This document shows positions 13,979 to 26,131 of a stretch of 64,000 nucleotides of DNA, one piece after another. Made by a program: the position numbers and the translations under genes. Position 1 is the stretch's first letter, and each line of letters starts with the position of its first letter. A model generated the notes under the pieces. It ran no database searches, was not told where the DNA came from, and saw only the letters and a list, made by a program, of their open reading frames with translations. The DNA is from Marsupella aquatica (taxonomy: Eukaryota > Plantae > Marchantiophyta). The stretch lies in the NCBI GenBank assembly GCA_973895155.1, contig OZ316893.1, forward strand, positions 19,968,857 through 20,032,856, given 5' to 3'.

Positions 13979-14184
13979 CCTTGGGTGAAGATCTCGACCT
14001 CAAAATGCTCTCGTTGAGTGCAATCTACTACGCGTGAATCACGGGCTCCTCGATCGCTCCCTCCTTTGCTCACTCACTCACTCATTCACTCGCTGCGAGA
14101 TCTGTGACGGTAAGAAGGTGTGTTGCATCTCTGTTTCCTTTCCCTCGTCTTTCCTTCGTTTCGTTGGGTGTAGTCCCATCTACA

Positions 14185-15660
14185 GTCCTGTCCTTCGCTT
14201 TGCTCTCCCCGACTGGTGGCGACTGACGGTGGCTTTACAAGACCTCTAGGGCCACTCAACCATATAATGAATGCAAATGGTAAAATTAAATGGTTTATGA
14301 GGTAATTAAATGGACCAGGTAATGAGTGTAAAACCATGGAAATGGTTAAATCAAATGGCCATATGTAGTCCTGTCGTTCGCTTTGCTCTCCCCAACTGGT
14401 GGCGACTGACTGACGGGTGGCTTTACTTGGCATTACGAGACCTCTAGGGCCACTAAACCATATGACTTATAGGGTAATGAGGGCTTGGTGTTGGGTTACA
14501 AGTCTGGAACCTCTAACCAGAAAGTGAGGAAATACCTCACTGACTGGCAGTAGTAGGGAAGTTTTTTTGAGCTTTGTGTGAACAGGTTTCAGACAGTAAC
14601 CCCAGCCCAAGCCATCATTATAATACCTAATACCTGCCCAGAAAAAAGGTTACCGGGGACATGTTTTGGGCAAAGGGTTACATAAATGGTGGCACCTAGT
14701 AGAAAAGGTTACACCCCGGTCACCTTCCTGACAGGAATTATGAATGGAAATGGTAAAATTAAATCTGGACCAGGTAATGAGTCTAAAACCATGGAAATGA
14801 ATACGGTTAAGGACCAGGGCTATCCCTTGATGGGATATGAAGGCGACCATATATATGGTCAACCCGCGTGTGCAGGGAGACCGTATATACGGGAGACTGT
14901 TTATTCCATTGAGGGATTAGCCCCGATCTTTACCTGTTTGTTAAGGTAAGAACACTGACATGTCAAAGTTCTCTGAGTATTTTCATCGTTCATTACAAGA
15001 CTCAGTTTATCTGGATTTTGAATTTGCAATCGCTGTCCCAAACACTCTGCATATGCATCTACCACAGGAGAAAAAACGGTCAGATCACAGACCATATAAA
15101 TATATGGTTATTTTTAATAAGATATAATCAAGGCCAAAAGTGTTAACGTGGTAGCAGCCTAAAGCCCCAAAAAGCAAAACACCACCTTGACGACCTTAAC
15201 GGTTGAATTAAATTCTTGTCTTTCATTTTACTTTGTTTTTTTCCTGGTTTATAAAGTTTGGTGTAACATTTTTATTTTTTATTTTTTTGTTTTTATATAA
15301 AGTCCTGTCCTTCGCTTTGCTCTCCCGGACTGGTGGCAACTGACGGTGGCTTTACAAGACCTCTAAGGCCACTGTCTTCTTTTTATTTACTCTAAGAGTA
15401 AATCTATAATGAATGGAAATGGTTAGACTAAATCTGGACCAGGTAATGAATGTAAACCATGGAAAATGGTTAAGTTAAAGCTGGACCATAGAAGGAGTGT
15501 AGACTGCCGCACTTGGCTTTACAAGAGCTGGGGACCATTGAGGTATACTAGTGCCAACTCTTTGCTCTCCCCTACTTGTGGCTACTGAGGGTGGCTTTGC
15601 AAGACCTCTTGGGGTACTTTCTTCTTCTTATTCGCTCTAAGATTAAAATAATCTGGGGCC
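14185..15660 (+). repeat. Array of a ~72 bp repeat unit interspersed with an AT-rich module (unclassified TE family)
   Basis: Unit GTCCTGTCCTTCGCTTTGCTCTCCCCGACTGGTGGCGACTGACGGTGGCTTTACAAGACCTCTAGGGCCACT at 14185-14256, 14368-14454, 15302-15373 and degenerate ~15560-15620. Spacer module aatgaatggaaatggtaaaattaaatctggaccaggtaatgag..taaaaccatggaaatg at ~14267, ~14740, ~15408. Confidence 0.85.
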
Positions 15661-16819
15661 ATATAATGATATAATTATAAGGCAGGGGTGTGACAGACAG
15701 GCCCGCCGGCTGGAACCAATTCTTTCTGCCATGAGAGATCATGAGTTGCAGGTAAACTGACAGGACTCCATGGCACTCCCAAAGATTTGAAATAATGGAG
15801 TGTCAAAACTATCAAGTAATTGTTGTACTCAAGGAAATTAAGCAACTTTGTGGCCAAGACAAAGAAAAATGGTTTACTTGGGCCCACTACTTGCCATGTA
15901 GGATTGGTAGATGCAATACCTGAATGGGCCCCTGAGTTTTTGTAAAGCCAAACTGCAAGTGTTTCCTCACATTAAAGTGTCCAGATCTAATCTTAGAGTG
16001 AATGCCAAGAAAACAATGTGCCCCCTAAGCTATCTTGGTCCACACTCACGTGCTAGCACCCATTCTCTTTTGGACAAACTGCCATCAGCTGTTCTTCCAC
16101 CTGCAATATGCTCTTGTGAACTGTCGATGAAGTTTTCAATGTATTTTTGAATGCTGTGACTCTTGCTTATATTTGGCTCACTTGTTCACAGCGTGTTGGC
16201 TCCAGCTTGTGGCTTTGGCTCGTGGCCAAACTTGTCAGGCCATTGAATTGGAATTTTTCTCAGTAACAGTGTTGGGGTTGGTGGTTGTGGCCTGGCCTTG
16301 GTCTCATGGTCTAGCCTATGCATGCAGAAGTGTTGATGATGTGTGTGATGGTTATAAGTGCCATGAAGTATCTGTAATCTCTCATCAAACTTGTCTTCAT
16401 CAAGTATTCTTGTGACCGTATTCATTCACATTTGTTGGGTTTAGCAAGGAAAGCTCCAGCCTGTAGCTACTGTTGCAAGACAGAAGCAAAAATTGTTTTT
16501 GAAAATACCTCTCTTAGTGGGACACTTCGATGGAATCATTGTGGGATAAACCCAAGCTATCGACGTACAAGTCATATAAGAAGTTTCCAAGTTGGCTGAC
16601 CAAAGTCCAAAGCTTTTCACATGCTTGGTTTCGGTTCGTCAACGCCCTGCAGCTGGATAGGAGACTTATCTGTGACGCCGTTTGGAAGGCATTATTCACA
16701 AAAAGCTATTCAAAACTATACAATTTACCCTTAGCTTGAAGTCCTTGGTGATACCAAGCAACGGGCAGAAATCCAGACGTATTGACCAACTCTTTTCGTT
16801 GGCCTTGACGGATATTTGC

Positions 16820-19800
16820 TTATAATAGTGATCGCGTTGGTGTTACTACTACTGTTCCAGCTAAAACGTTTCTACCATCGACAGTTGTTTTGTATGACAC
16901 CCTGCACACAAACCAATTCATTCAGTGCTCCTTCTTAATTATCATAAAACAGAGGACCACGTCTTTTGGGGGAATCGGCCCTGGACACGAACACAATCAA
17001 AGAAGTAGACCTGCAGATAGATCTTTCTTTAAACCTCAGTAAATAGTTGTTCTGATTACCCAAACACAACTTGTATTAATTCACTTGTGATTTCAGAATT
17101 CCAGCCAAATGAGTAGAAACACATGTAGACCCAGCTATGAATTCATAAAATCAACATCTGTAACATTGTCACAAAATCAAGGCCCAGGTCAATCCAATTT
17201 CAATTGCAACCATTACTATCATTCAAAAGGATATAAACTAATTCTTTTCAACTTATCCGACGTTGATATCTGGCGTGATATCGAATTTGTTAAATCTTAT
17301 TGCACGTCGTGAGAGGCTTTCAGAAAGGAACATCGATGCCACAATTTCAGATCTCAAGTCAGATTCACACCTTGATAATGAAGCATCCGACCACATCTCG
17401 GTAGTCAATACCTCTCCGGGATAAACATGAGACAGAAATCGCCCTTGGAAACTTTGAACCCTTGTGGTGTCTCCATTGCAACAACTACGGATGACAGCAC
17501 GTACTGCATACCCCAAAGTGCACAAACCATGCAGAATAGGCCGTTGGAACCTGCTAAAAGTATAGACCAGTGAGACTCGGAAAAGTTCATGTGAAAACCA
17601 ACGTCCTACTCAAAGAGTTCTTATTAAAGATCGCTCCAAGCAAATTGCTAACCCACAAAAAATCCTGCTGGCGTCTACATCGAATAGTTTGCAGTGCTGA
17701 ATATGTCAACGTCTTGTCGGATTACTGTGGAGTCTTTCATATAAGATAGAGACCGCCCAGAATCAGTCCATGAATATATTCCTCAGGAAGGAAAGTCAGA
17801 ACTCACTGCAGTACATCGTTTCTCGTATTGCAAGTACTCACACCCATCGTACAAACGAAATAATGACAACAACGGAAGAACGACGTACCCAGCTTCTGCA
17901 GCGAACAGAGGGTCAGCATGCAACGGGTTGTAATCTCCTGATAGACGATATAGCAAAGCCTGCGAACGAACAAGGGCCACAATGGCTAGCATTAGACAGT
18001 GCAAACTGACATGGATGAAATTTGGTGACCAACGTTCAGTAAGGCCCGACACAAGTGGGGATCATAATTTTAGAAGAGAAGGACTTTAGTTTCAATCTCA
18101 CTTGATGAAAAATCTAAACTAGAACAACTTATCATTTCAATCTCTCTTGATGAAAATCTAATTTAGAACAAGTTATGATGGACCTTATACAATCTTAGAA
18201 AAGAACCTAAAATCGTTCCTAGATCAGTATCCACCTGTGCAGGACTGGTTTGGTCACGGTACACAACATCTGGGGCGCCTTCTGGTTGACCACTTTTCGA
18301 AGCCTTTGGGCCTGGAATGGTTTTCGGTAAATTTGTAGTTCTGCTTGAGTATGAGAAAGGTCGTGATGAAGGCGAGAACCCTCCAGCACCGCGCAAAAAG
18401 ATGACGCTCCTGTGGTTCAAATGGAATGTCAAACAACGACGATTAAAACTTCTCACCGAAAAAAATTGTTTCGTCCTGACAACCACAGCACGCACAAGTA
18501 GTAAATAATGAACGATTAGGTTTAAAGTAACTCTGCAAGTCAAACCTGTAATGGTTATAGCACAAGGAAAGAAGGGTATAAAGATTAAACAACATTAGCC
18601 AGTGTTGCAAAATACCTGTTCAAACAAACCTTGTCACCTGTTTCCGAATCGTGACTCAATATTTCCAATTCAACTATTGCCGCTTTGCCTGGATTCACAA
18701 GGTAAGTGTGTCTTCAGAATCCAATGAAACAACTGACCTTGCATTATTCTACATTGTGTTTCAACTTGGCACTCACCTTTATCATGCAAGCCAGAAAGTC
18801 GTACTCTGTTTCGTATCTGAGGGAAACAACACAGTCAACGATTTATTTTAAAAGGAGTTTTCAGAGCATAATCCTTGTCCACAAACGTCAACTGAAATGT
18901 GATTAACAAGGCGATCCAAATTTCGGTTAAAGTTTACCCTAGGCACTATACAACAGAGGAACACCCTCAAGCAACTTCCAACAACCAGGTCTTGCAGAAA
19001 ACTGATGACAGCATGGAGAGTTGGGGGCTGTGTCGGAGAGGACAGCGTATTACTTGACCATGAGTTGGCAAGGCTTTGTATATCTCAGTATATTGCTCTC
19101 CGTGCAGTAATAGCTTGGGATCATGACTGCGAAAGAGAAATCAAACAGGAATTTCGTCCGTGAATTTGCAACTCAATACGTTTTCACATACTATAACCCC
19201 TTGTCACCCAGTTGTCAACTCGCGTTCGTCTTCTCCAGCGAATAGACCTTAATGTCGAAACAATGTACATCTTAAAATATCAGACAGTCATTCCGTCTTG
19301 AAGAATGACAATTGACTTAGTCATTGATTTTCCCAGTCCTCAGCCCGGTTTCAAGAATGACAAGAGAATTGATACATGGCTTATAATATGGTCACAGAAA
19401 GCTCCTTGAAATGAATTTGAACAGTAAGAACGATTTATGATGTGACCAAATATACTATCCCGAAAATATAACCCTGTCTGATGTCATTTAGTAAGAAGGA
19501 AAAGAAGATTGCTTAAGATTTAGGGTTTAGGGTCTCAATCCTCTTACACGTCCAATCTTCTCAAACAATTAAAAAAGATGAAGAGCCTTGAAATGGAGAA
19601 ATAACTCACTGCATGCCATCGATAGATCCAACAATCCCAAGGATCTTTGAAGGATAAGCTACTGCAAATGTTGGTAACACCTGTCAACCAATAGAACATC
19701 AAACCTGCGGTTCAGATCCAGGTGCAAAAGTGAGGATTATGTGAAACCAGTTGTCAATGCGATGTTTCATAGATTCGTGAAATGGCATGTACGAGACTGC

Positions 19801-21160
19801 TACTATCTTCATGTAGACCGTATTTGACTGATGCGCTTCTTCTGCAAACAATTGTTCGTGGCGTGAAAAGATGCGGTACAGAAGTCACTCAAACGTTTGA
19901 TTGCTTTAAGGAAAAAAATTCTTCTTCTGGCCTTATGCCAACTCGATCCTGTTCACAACACTTTCAAAATTCCATTAGTTGCTATCGCTGTCCTGTTTTC
20001 TATGCTTTGAGCATCAGAAATTCGTTCATTGGATGATGGTTGATCGAGCTTTACGAACGTTCGGAACTGGTCACCTCATGATTGAGAGGTGGAGATCAGG
20101 ATGCATAAACATTTCCAAGGAGGAAATCCAGATTCTGAGCTGACTTGTTTCAGCTTCTAAGGCATTGGAGGGCCAACGCGAACATCACTTTCACTTCATA
20201 TTATAATGAGCAGAGGCCCGACATTTCTTCAAAAGACGGAGAGGATCAAACAGCGGATCAAAAGATTTTCAAACTTACAGTAATGGATGTCTGACCTTCT
20301 GGATGATAGACAAACGGAAGTTCCAGAGGGTCCACCGGATTGTGTCCGGCTGCTCCAACTCCTAACGCATAGAGTGCAACATCGCTGTAAACACGAAATA
20401 GCCAATTAAATTTCGTTACGATAATTCTCCAGCCCCAATCAACACCACCCCACCAAAACTCAACAGAACTTAGCCAACACCAGATTGCAACACCGAAATT
20501 ATCAAAGTAAATACAGTCAACCCAAATGTCTGGAAAGCGAAATGTGATTACAAAAGTCTCCGGTTGTATTACCGTTCTGTGTACTCAAAGGCCACCTGAT
20601 GAACACGGCAAAAGGCAAAACGCGTGCATTAGACTGACAGAAAATTTACGATTTTACTCAAGATCAGTTTAACAAGCGAGAGTTTAGTTAGGTTAGTGGG
20701 AGGCTTGTTTCTGATAGGACGTGCCATCGATAAACAGGATGCATACAACAGAATTTCTGTGAAGGATGTAAGGTTCCCTAATTGTCAATCAGCTCAATTC
20801 CTTCTCCCTGTCAGTCATCAATTTACACTATGCTGGGCTGGGGAGAAATTGAAAGGGCAACCACAGAAGTAAAAGAAAAAGCGGCAAACTCTATGCGACA
20901 GCCCAGCAGGGTCACGAGAATACGATAACAGACGTTAAAACGTGTGCGAAAGAAGTCCAATACTCTTTTCCACCTACATCTTGTATATTAGTCCCCAAAT
21001 GAGTGAATTCAAAGTCCAGAGGTCAGCAGACGAGTGAGCGTCTGGCAGAAATAGCACATTCGGGAAGCATTCAAAGGAGAGAAGAGAGAGGCAGAGGACC
21101 CACATCAGCAAATTTATGTTTGAGGACCAGTTCAGGTTGAATTCGGGGAAGACTGGCCAT
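16820..21160 (-). CDS. ECH2: Peroxisomal monofunctional enoyl-CoA hydratase 2 (MaoC/hot-dog fold), 316 aa
   Basis: Exons 21160-21104, 20595-20573, 20384-20279, 19680-19610, 19126-19054, 18816-18777, 18688-18616, 18409-18235, 17959-17889, 17550-17371, 16901-16820; all GT-AG, 951 nt in frame. Motifs YTERDVALYALGVGA, VLPTFA, LLHGEQY, LHDKGKAA, FLRGAGGF, hydratase-2 motif YRLSGDYNPLHADP, PILHGLCTLG; ends TRSLL*. Confidence 0.95.
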
Positions 21161-21188
21161 TGCAAAATATATGCCCGTCAGTGTTAGA

Positions 21189-21191
<3 letters not shown>

Positions 21192-21220
<29 letters not shown>
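21192..21220. repeat. (TC)n microsatellite just upstream of the ECH2 start
   Basis: About 14 TC units. Confidence 0.9.
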
Positions 21221-21223
<3 letters not shown>

Positions 21224-21249
21224 GAAGCGCAAACCCACTTGTCTTCGGT

Positions 21250-22178
21250 CTCTCTCCGTCTGTTTGTTTATAACACTGAGCTTTGTCTCTTTAATTAATT
21301 ATAACACTAGCGTGAAGGACTGAGCTTTGTCTCTTTGTTTACAACACTAGCGACTGAGCTGTCTCGTAAGTAGATTGCAAGTGCCTATTTCCAGTTTCAC
21401 CCCAAACTCAATTGTGACTCATGTCCAAAGAATCAGACTCTAGAGGCTTCATCCTAGACACTAAGAGGAGGGTTCCATGTGGGTATGGTAAGGGAGTGGG
21501 GGGCCACCCGGATGCTCCAAGAACGTTGGGCCACCTGCCACCAAGGGGCCGTATTGAGGAGCAGGGGGTGTGGACTCGGGGTGCGAGGAGGAGGGCGAGC
21601 CCACCCACTCCTTGCAGGGTACCCTCGCCCCTCATGGGCTATGGGCCTGCCCTGGTGATGCGCCCCAAGCAACTGCCAGTGGGCAGTAAAAATCCGCTGG
21701 CCGACCCGGCCCAAGTTGGCCAGACCTGACTACAGCGACCGGCCTGGCCAGACTGCGGCTTTCCACCTCACACTCGCGTTCCCGACATCCGCCTCCGCAC
21801 TACCATGTCTTGCAACAAACGTTGTTGACTAATTGAGGTTCTCTTTAGAGGAAGAAAATGAAAGAGCGCTCATTTCTTATAATTGATGAACTTGTGCTTA
21901 CCAATAATAACATGTTAGTACATGACTACCCACAACATGAGAAGTTTAGATCCATGTCTTTGAGCCCTCCACAACTCTTCCCCCTTTGGTTGACAGTCCT
22001 TCAAAGTTTTAAACTTGAAGTGTTTTCCAATTGGCTAGCTAGACCTTACCAACGTGAGAACAACGTTTTCCTACTTTGTGGGCATCTCTCTCATACAACT
22101 TCTTTAGTGAAAGATATGGACACTTGTCTTATGCTCTGTGAGAAAGGAAGCAAAGTATTGTTCATGTTGTTTGACTGT
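21250..22178 (+). mobile_element. Non-coding interspersed repeat; inverted copy at 30815-32110
   Basis: Colinear reverse-complement similarity (roughly 80% by eye), e.g. ttgtgactcatgtccaaagaatcagactctagaggcttca vs tgaagcctctagagtctgactctttgggcatgagtcacaa, and ttgacagtccttcaaagttttaa vs ttaaaactttgaaggactgtcaa. Left end has short taacactagcgtgaa/ctgagctt sub-repeats. Confidence 0.8.
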
Positions 22179-23997
22179 GAATTTCAATTTTTTTGCCAAA
22201 CTCTTGCCAAACTCTTACTCAAAATTTAAGGTGTTATTGAATCCAAAGAAACACATAAGGATGTGGGTAAAAAATCCCCCACTTATCTTCCTTGTTTAGG
22301 ACCCTGGTGGCTAGATCTGGCTGTTGTCCTGAAACTGCAGAAGGGCTTCCTCAACTTAGTGCCCTTCATGACTTTTCTTTTTGTAGTTTTTGGTGCTTTT
22401 ATAGAGAAAAATGCACAGTCCAGATTTGTATCGTATCGTATTGAAACTTCCTTCTCTTTACTAAAAACATATGTAAACATGGAAAATCTCTTAGACCTTC
22501 AAGTGTAATAACTCCCCTGTTAAGAAGGGCATTATGAGTAAAAATAGCCCCTCAATACTCGAGCCAAAGCCCTCATTTGTCAGGGCATTCTTTTCCCTCA
22601 TTTTTCAGGTCCTTTATGGCTCACAATGCTCTGTTACCAGGGCGTTATTAGTATATACATACTTCCGTTGGAACACACTCACTCGCCACCTTACTTAGAT
22701 GGCCCAACACTAGAAAAATCTCTACTAAAGATTCCTCATGAGGGCTTTCCCCATGTGCTCTGTGGGTTTCCTCTTTTCACGAGTTCTCTTGCCTTTTTAT
22801 GCCCAGTTCTGTTGTTGTGTGCGGTAAACCCCAGCTCGGGGTTTTATCTCGTGGTTTGATTCTTCGGGAGATCTCGACTGCCTGTCCATCTGGATTCAGA
22901 ATTCGGTCTTGATTGTGGGCCTCTCGCCTAGAAATCTCACTCGGAGGCAAATGATTGTGAATTGTGAAAGGCTGGCCATCCGGTGTGATTCAATCTCTGG
23001 GGAACCTGCTGCCCGTCACTCGCTGGATCAGGGTTTAAGTCACTTCAATTGGTTTCTGAGTGGTTATGTCTTTACTGTCCCTGTCTGAGCCGAAAATTCT
23101 CTAGCAAGTTGTTATGAAGAGGAAAGGCTTCCGATCTCGTTTCACGGGTGATGAGGTGTTGTTCGTTATTGAGCTAGAGACTTGGGTTCCAATTCTTGGT
23201 TCAGTGCGTTTAATTGAGTCCATTCTGGCAGCTTGAAGCTAAAATGGAATGACATTTTCCTCTCTAGACAGTTTGCATGTGAGAGAAGCTCATGCTGACC
23301 ATTACGCAGTGAGAAAAACTACAGTCAGTTGAATCAAATTTGCCAATGGCGTATAGTGGATTTTCTGGTTTCATCACACTCTACCGAAATCGGAGGAATC
23401 TAGCTAGCTGCGGGGTGATTTCAATGGCATAGGTGGGCAACAACCGGCTCAGGAACCTCTGCTGTTGTGAGTTCGTCTGGTAGACTCACAGGACGAGGCA
23501 TAAAAGTCATATCATAGGCTTGTATGAATTCCTGATCGATAGGTCGACTGGTTGATGCGTTCAGATTACCCACTGATGAAAAAGGTGCTTTAAGCGCTAT
23601 AGAACGGAGACGTGTTGGGTTGAAAGCCGCCAAGTTGGGAATTAGAGTCTTTCAGATAGACATCCAACCAGGATAAGAAATAAACTGCCGTTTGCATCTT
23701 GAAGAAAGGATTCACTCATTTTCTGCCACGCTCATCAATGACCAGGCAGCTCCAAAGTTTCCTGGTCTTGTTGATTCAATTATTCAATGGAGCTCTGCAC
23801 TGAATCCCTAAACTACTAGCAATGAATCCTTGAATTTCTTATTAGATTCAGTGTCAGATTATGGTGCATATATCTTGCTCGTGACTCAGCTGCCACTCTG
23901 TACTCACTATCTTTGTACCAATTTGAGAATCCGTGGACTTCAAAATTTGTTTGTTCAATCGTTCCCACTGAATAGCGATTAGGAGCTACTTCTAGGG

Positions 23998-25323
23998 ATG
24001 GGCCTTTTTGGGAGATTACTACGCCGGAGGGAGGCAGGTGCTGTCATTCCTCATCTCCGTGAACAGGTCAACTGGAATGGGCTCAGTTCTGTTCTCACCT
24101 CCCCATCTATGTTGGCCGCGAGATGGGCGCGTTCAGCTGCACTTACTGCTGCGCCATCTCGACCGAGAGAGCAGAAGCAGCAGCGGCAGCGCAGTGTGGC
24201 AGTGTTCTGGGATTTAGACAACAAACCCCCTAAGAGAGTTTCCCCCTTCGAAGCAGCAACCCGTCTGAAACAGATGGCAGAGAGTTTCGGCGATGTCGTG
24301 GACCTTGTGGCGTATGCCAACCACCACGCTTTTGCCCACGTTCCCACCTGGGTTCATGAAGAGAGGAGGCAGCGCAAGGTGTTGGATTTACTCGAGGCTA
24401 CAGGTGAAGTAAAGCCAAATGAGCGCTACGTGTGCGGGGTGTGCGGAGCTAAGAAGCAAACTCACGTCCAGCTCACCAAACACTTCAAAATGCTCCATGA
24501 GAGAGAGCACAGAAAGCGGATGAATCGTCTGGACTCGCTCAATACGAAGAAGAAGCAGAAAGAGCGATTCTTTGAAAACAACGCCAAGAAGATGTCCAAG
24601 TACAAGGAAGCAGCACGCAGCATTATCTATCCCAAAGTGGGGTATGGGTTGATGCAGGACATTAGACGAGCTGGAGTCTTTGTTAGAACGGTGAAGGATG
24701 AACCCCAAGCTGCAGATATTGCACTGAAGGAGCACATGGCGAAGGCCATCAAGAGGGGAGTAAATTGTATCTGTCTTGTCTCAGATGACACAGATTTCAA
24801 GCCAGAGCTGAGGATGGCAAAGGAGAGAAGACTGCATACAGTTGTGGTGGGAGATTTGAAAATCTTGGGAGCCTACGCTGATACTTACTTCTCTTGGGCT
24901 GAGGTGGCTTCCGGGAGAGCTGAACAGAAAGCTAAACTGATAAATGGGCAGCTAGATGTGGGAGAAATACCGGCATCTGAATCGGGTTTAACGGTTGGGG
25001 AATACGAGCTGGAAGAAGTCCCTGACGAAGAAGACAGTGAGTGGGTATCAGACTCTGACGGGGATGTGAGATGGCGTCCAATAGATAGGCATGGGCGTGA
25101 GGAATGGCATGATGGTTTCGACTCTTTCAGCGACGATTGTTCCGGGAGCGATTTGGAGGAATCAGAGATGGATTGTTACAGAGAGAGACAACCAAAACTC
25201 CACCCTTCTCGCACTTGTTCAACGTTTGGCATCAACAGTAGGGTAGAAAAAACCCTTCATCCTGCTTTCTGGAAAATTTGCGCTAAGTTGTTGCAGTCCA
25301 TAATTACTAGTGTGGTGTTATGA
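23998..25323 (+). CDS. NYN-domain (PIN-like) putative RNase with inserted C2H2 zinc finger, probable organellar transit peptide
   Basis: 441 aa ORF: VAVFWDLDNKPP, AYANHHAF, CGVCG...LTKHFKMLH, KPQAAD-like EPQAAD, ICLVSDDTDF, TVVVGD, acidic tail. This fits the plant family of At5g52010/At4g12240. ttctag acceptor just before the ATG suggests a 5'UTR intron. The C-terminus is uncertain. Confidence 0.88.
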   Translation: MGLFGRLLRRREAGAVIPHLREQVNWNGLSSVLTSPSMLAARWARSAALTAAPSRPREQKQQRQRSVAVFWDLDNKPPKRVSPFEAATRLKQMAESFGDVVDLVAYANHHAFAHVPTWVHEERRQRKVLDLLEATGEVKPNERYVCGVCGAKKQTHVQLTKHFKMLHEREHRKRMNRLDSLNTKKKQKERFFENNAKKMSKYKEAARSIIYPKVGYGLMQDIRRAGVFVRTVKDEPQAADIALKEHMAKAIKRGVNCICLVSDDTDFKPELRMAKERRLHTVVVGDLKILGAYADTYFSWAEVASGRAEQKAKLINGQLDVGEIPASESGLTVGEYELEEVPDEEDSEWVSDSDGDVRWRPIDRHGREEWHDGFDSFSDDCSGSDLEESEMDCYRERQPKLHPSRTCSTFGINSRVEKTLHPAFWKICAKLLQSIITSVVL

Positions 25324-25585
25324 ACTCCGCTTGTTCTCTCATTCCGAAGAAATCCAGGGTTAGAGATTTATCCGCTTACCTCGCGCGCACTCGAGGAGAA
25401 GTAAGGCTTACAAATCTATTTGGTGGCAAATTCAGGTACCAACCAGATGGCGAAGTTTTACAACAAAAAGGGAGATTGTCCACGATGAGGAGTCTAGATA
25501 CGGGAGCTCCTCAGTTTTTGAGAAAGGATCCACAGCTGAGGAATCCAATGCCCCAAAACCAGAAAGACTCCATTACTTCTTCACC

Positions 25586-26131
25586 ATGCTGGAGACTGCC
25601 AATAAAGGCCATTCTTTGACAAATGTCACTTCCTCTCAGAAGCACTTTGATGCAGGGGATACTCAGCATTTCAATAGGGTGCAGGACATACTCAAAGCTT
25701 CTCATTCTGTGAAAGAGAAAAACCTCATTGGGGATAATGACAAAGGAGGAAGGAAAGTATTTCAATCTGAAGAATCGGAGGACATGCTCAATTTCGTTCT
25801 GCCTGAGAAGGAAGAGGACAATCTGCATTCCACAGAAAAGCAGGAGATCCCAAGCTCTTTTGCGAGTGGTCAAAAAGTGGACAATTCAGAGTATGTCAAG
25901 CAGACGACACGTCCTAGACACAAGAAAACTGGACCTGGAAAGGCAAGGATCAAGATGACAGCAACTGGCCCGATCAAGATAACAAGGATTGGCGCCAAAC
26001 CGTTCTACCTGTCGGGCTTTGCTTCAGAGGCTCAGAAAGATTGTAATGCTGTCAATAAATACTATGCCCAGTGGTGGTGCGATGATAGAGAAGTTTACAG
26101 AGGTAGACAGGAACGGATGAGGAAAAAGTGA
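25586..26131 (+). CDS. Uncharacterised hydrophilic/basic ORF, possible 3' exon of the NYN gene
   Basis: 181 aa from the ATG, and the frame is open back to ~25374. No recognisable domain; different frame from the NYN ORF. Confidence 0.35.
   Translation: MLETANKGHSLTNVTSSQKHFDAGDTQHFNRVQDILKASHSVKEKNLIGDNDKGGRKVFQSEESEDMLNFVLPEKEEDNLHSTEKQEIPSSFASGQKVDNSEYVKQTTRPRHKKTGPGKARIKMTATGPIKITRIGAKPFYLSGFASEAQKDCNAVNKYYAQWWCDDREVYRGRQERMRKK

Noticed and set aside
14185-14460. 72 bp repeat as CRISPR array or hammerhead/HDV ribozyme
   Set aside because: Eukaryotic context, spacers homologous to each other, no cas genes. CTGACGG...stem...TGAAC lacks the CUGANGA/GAAA core, and I could not fit the HDV P3/L3/P1.1 elements.
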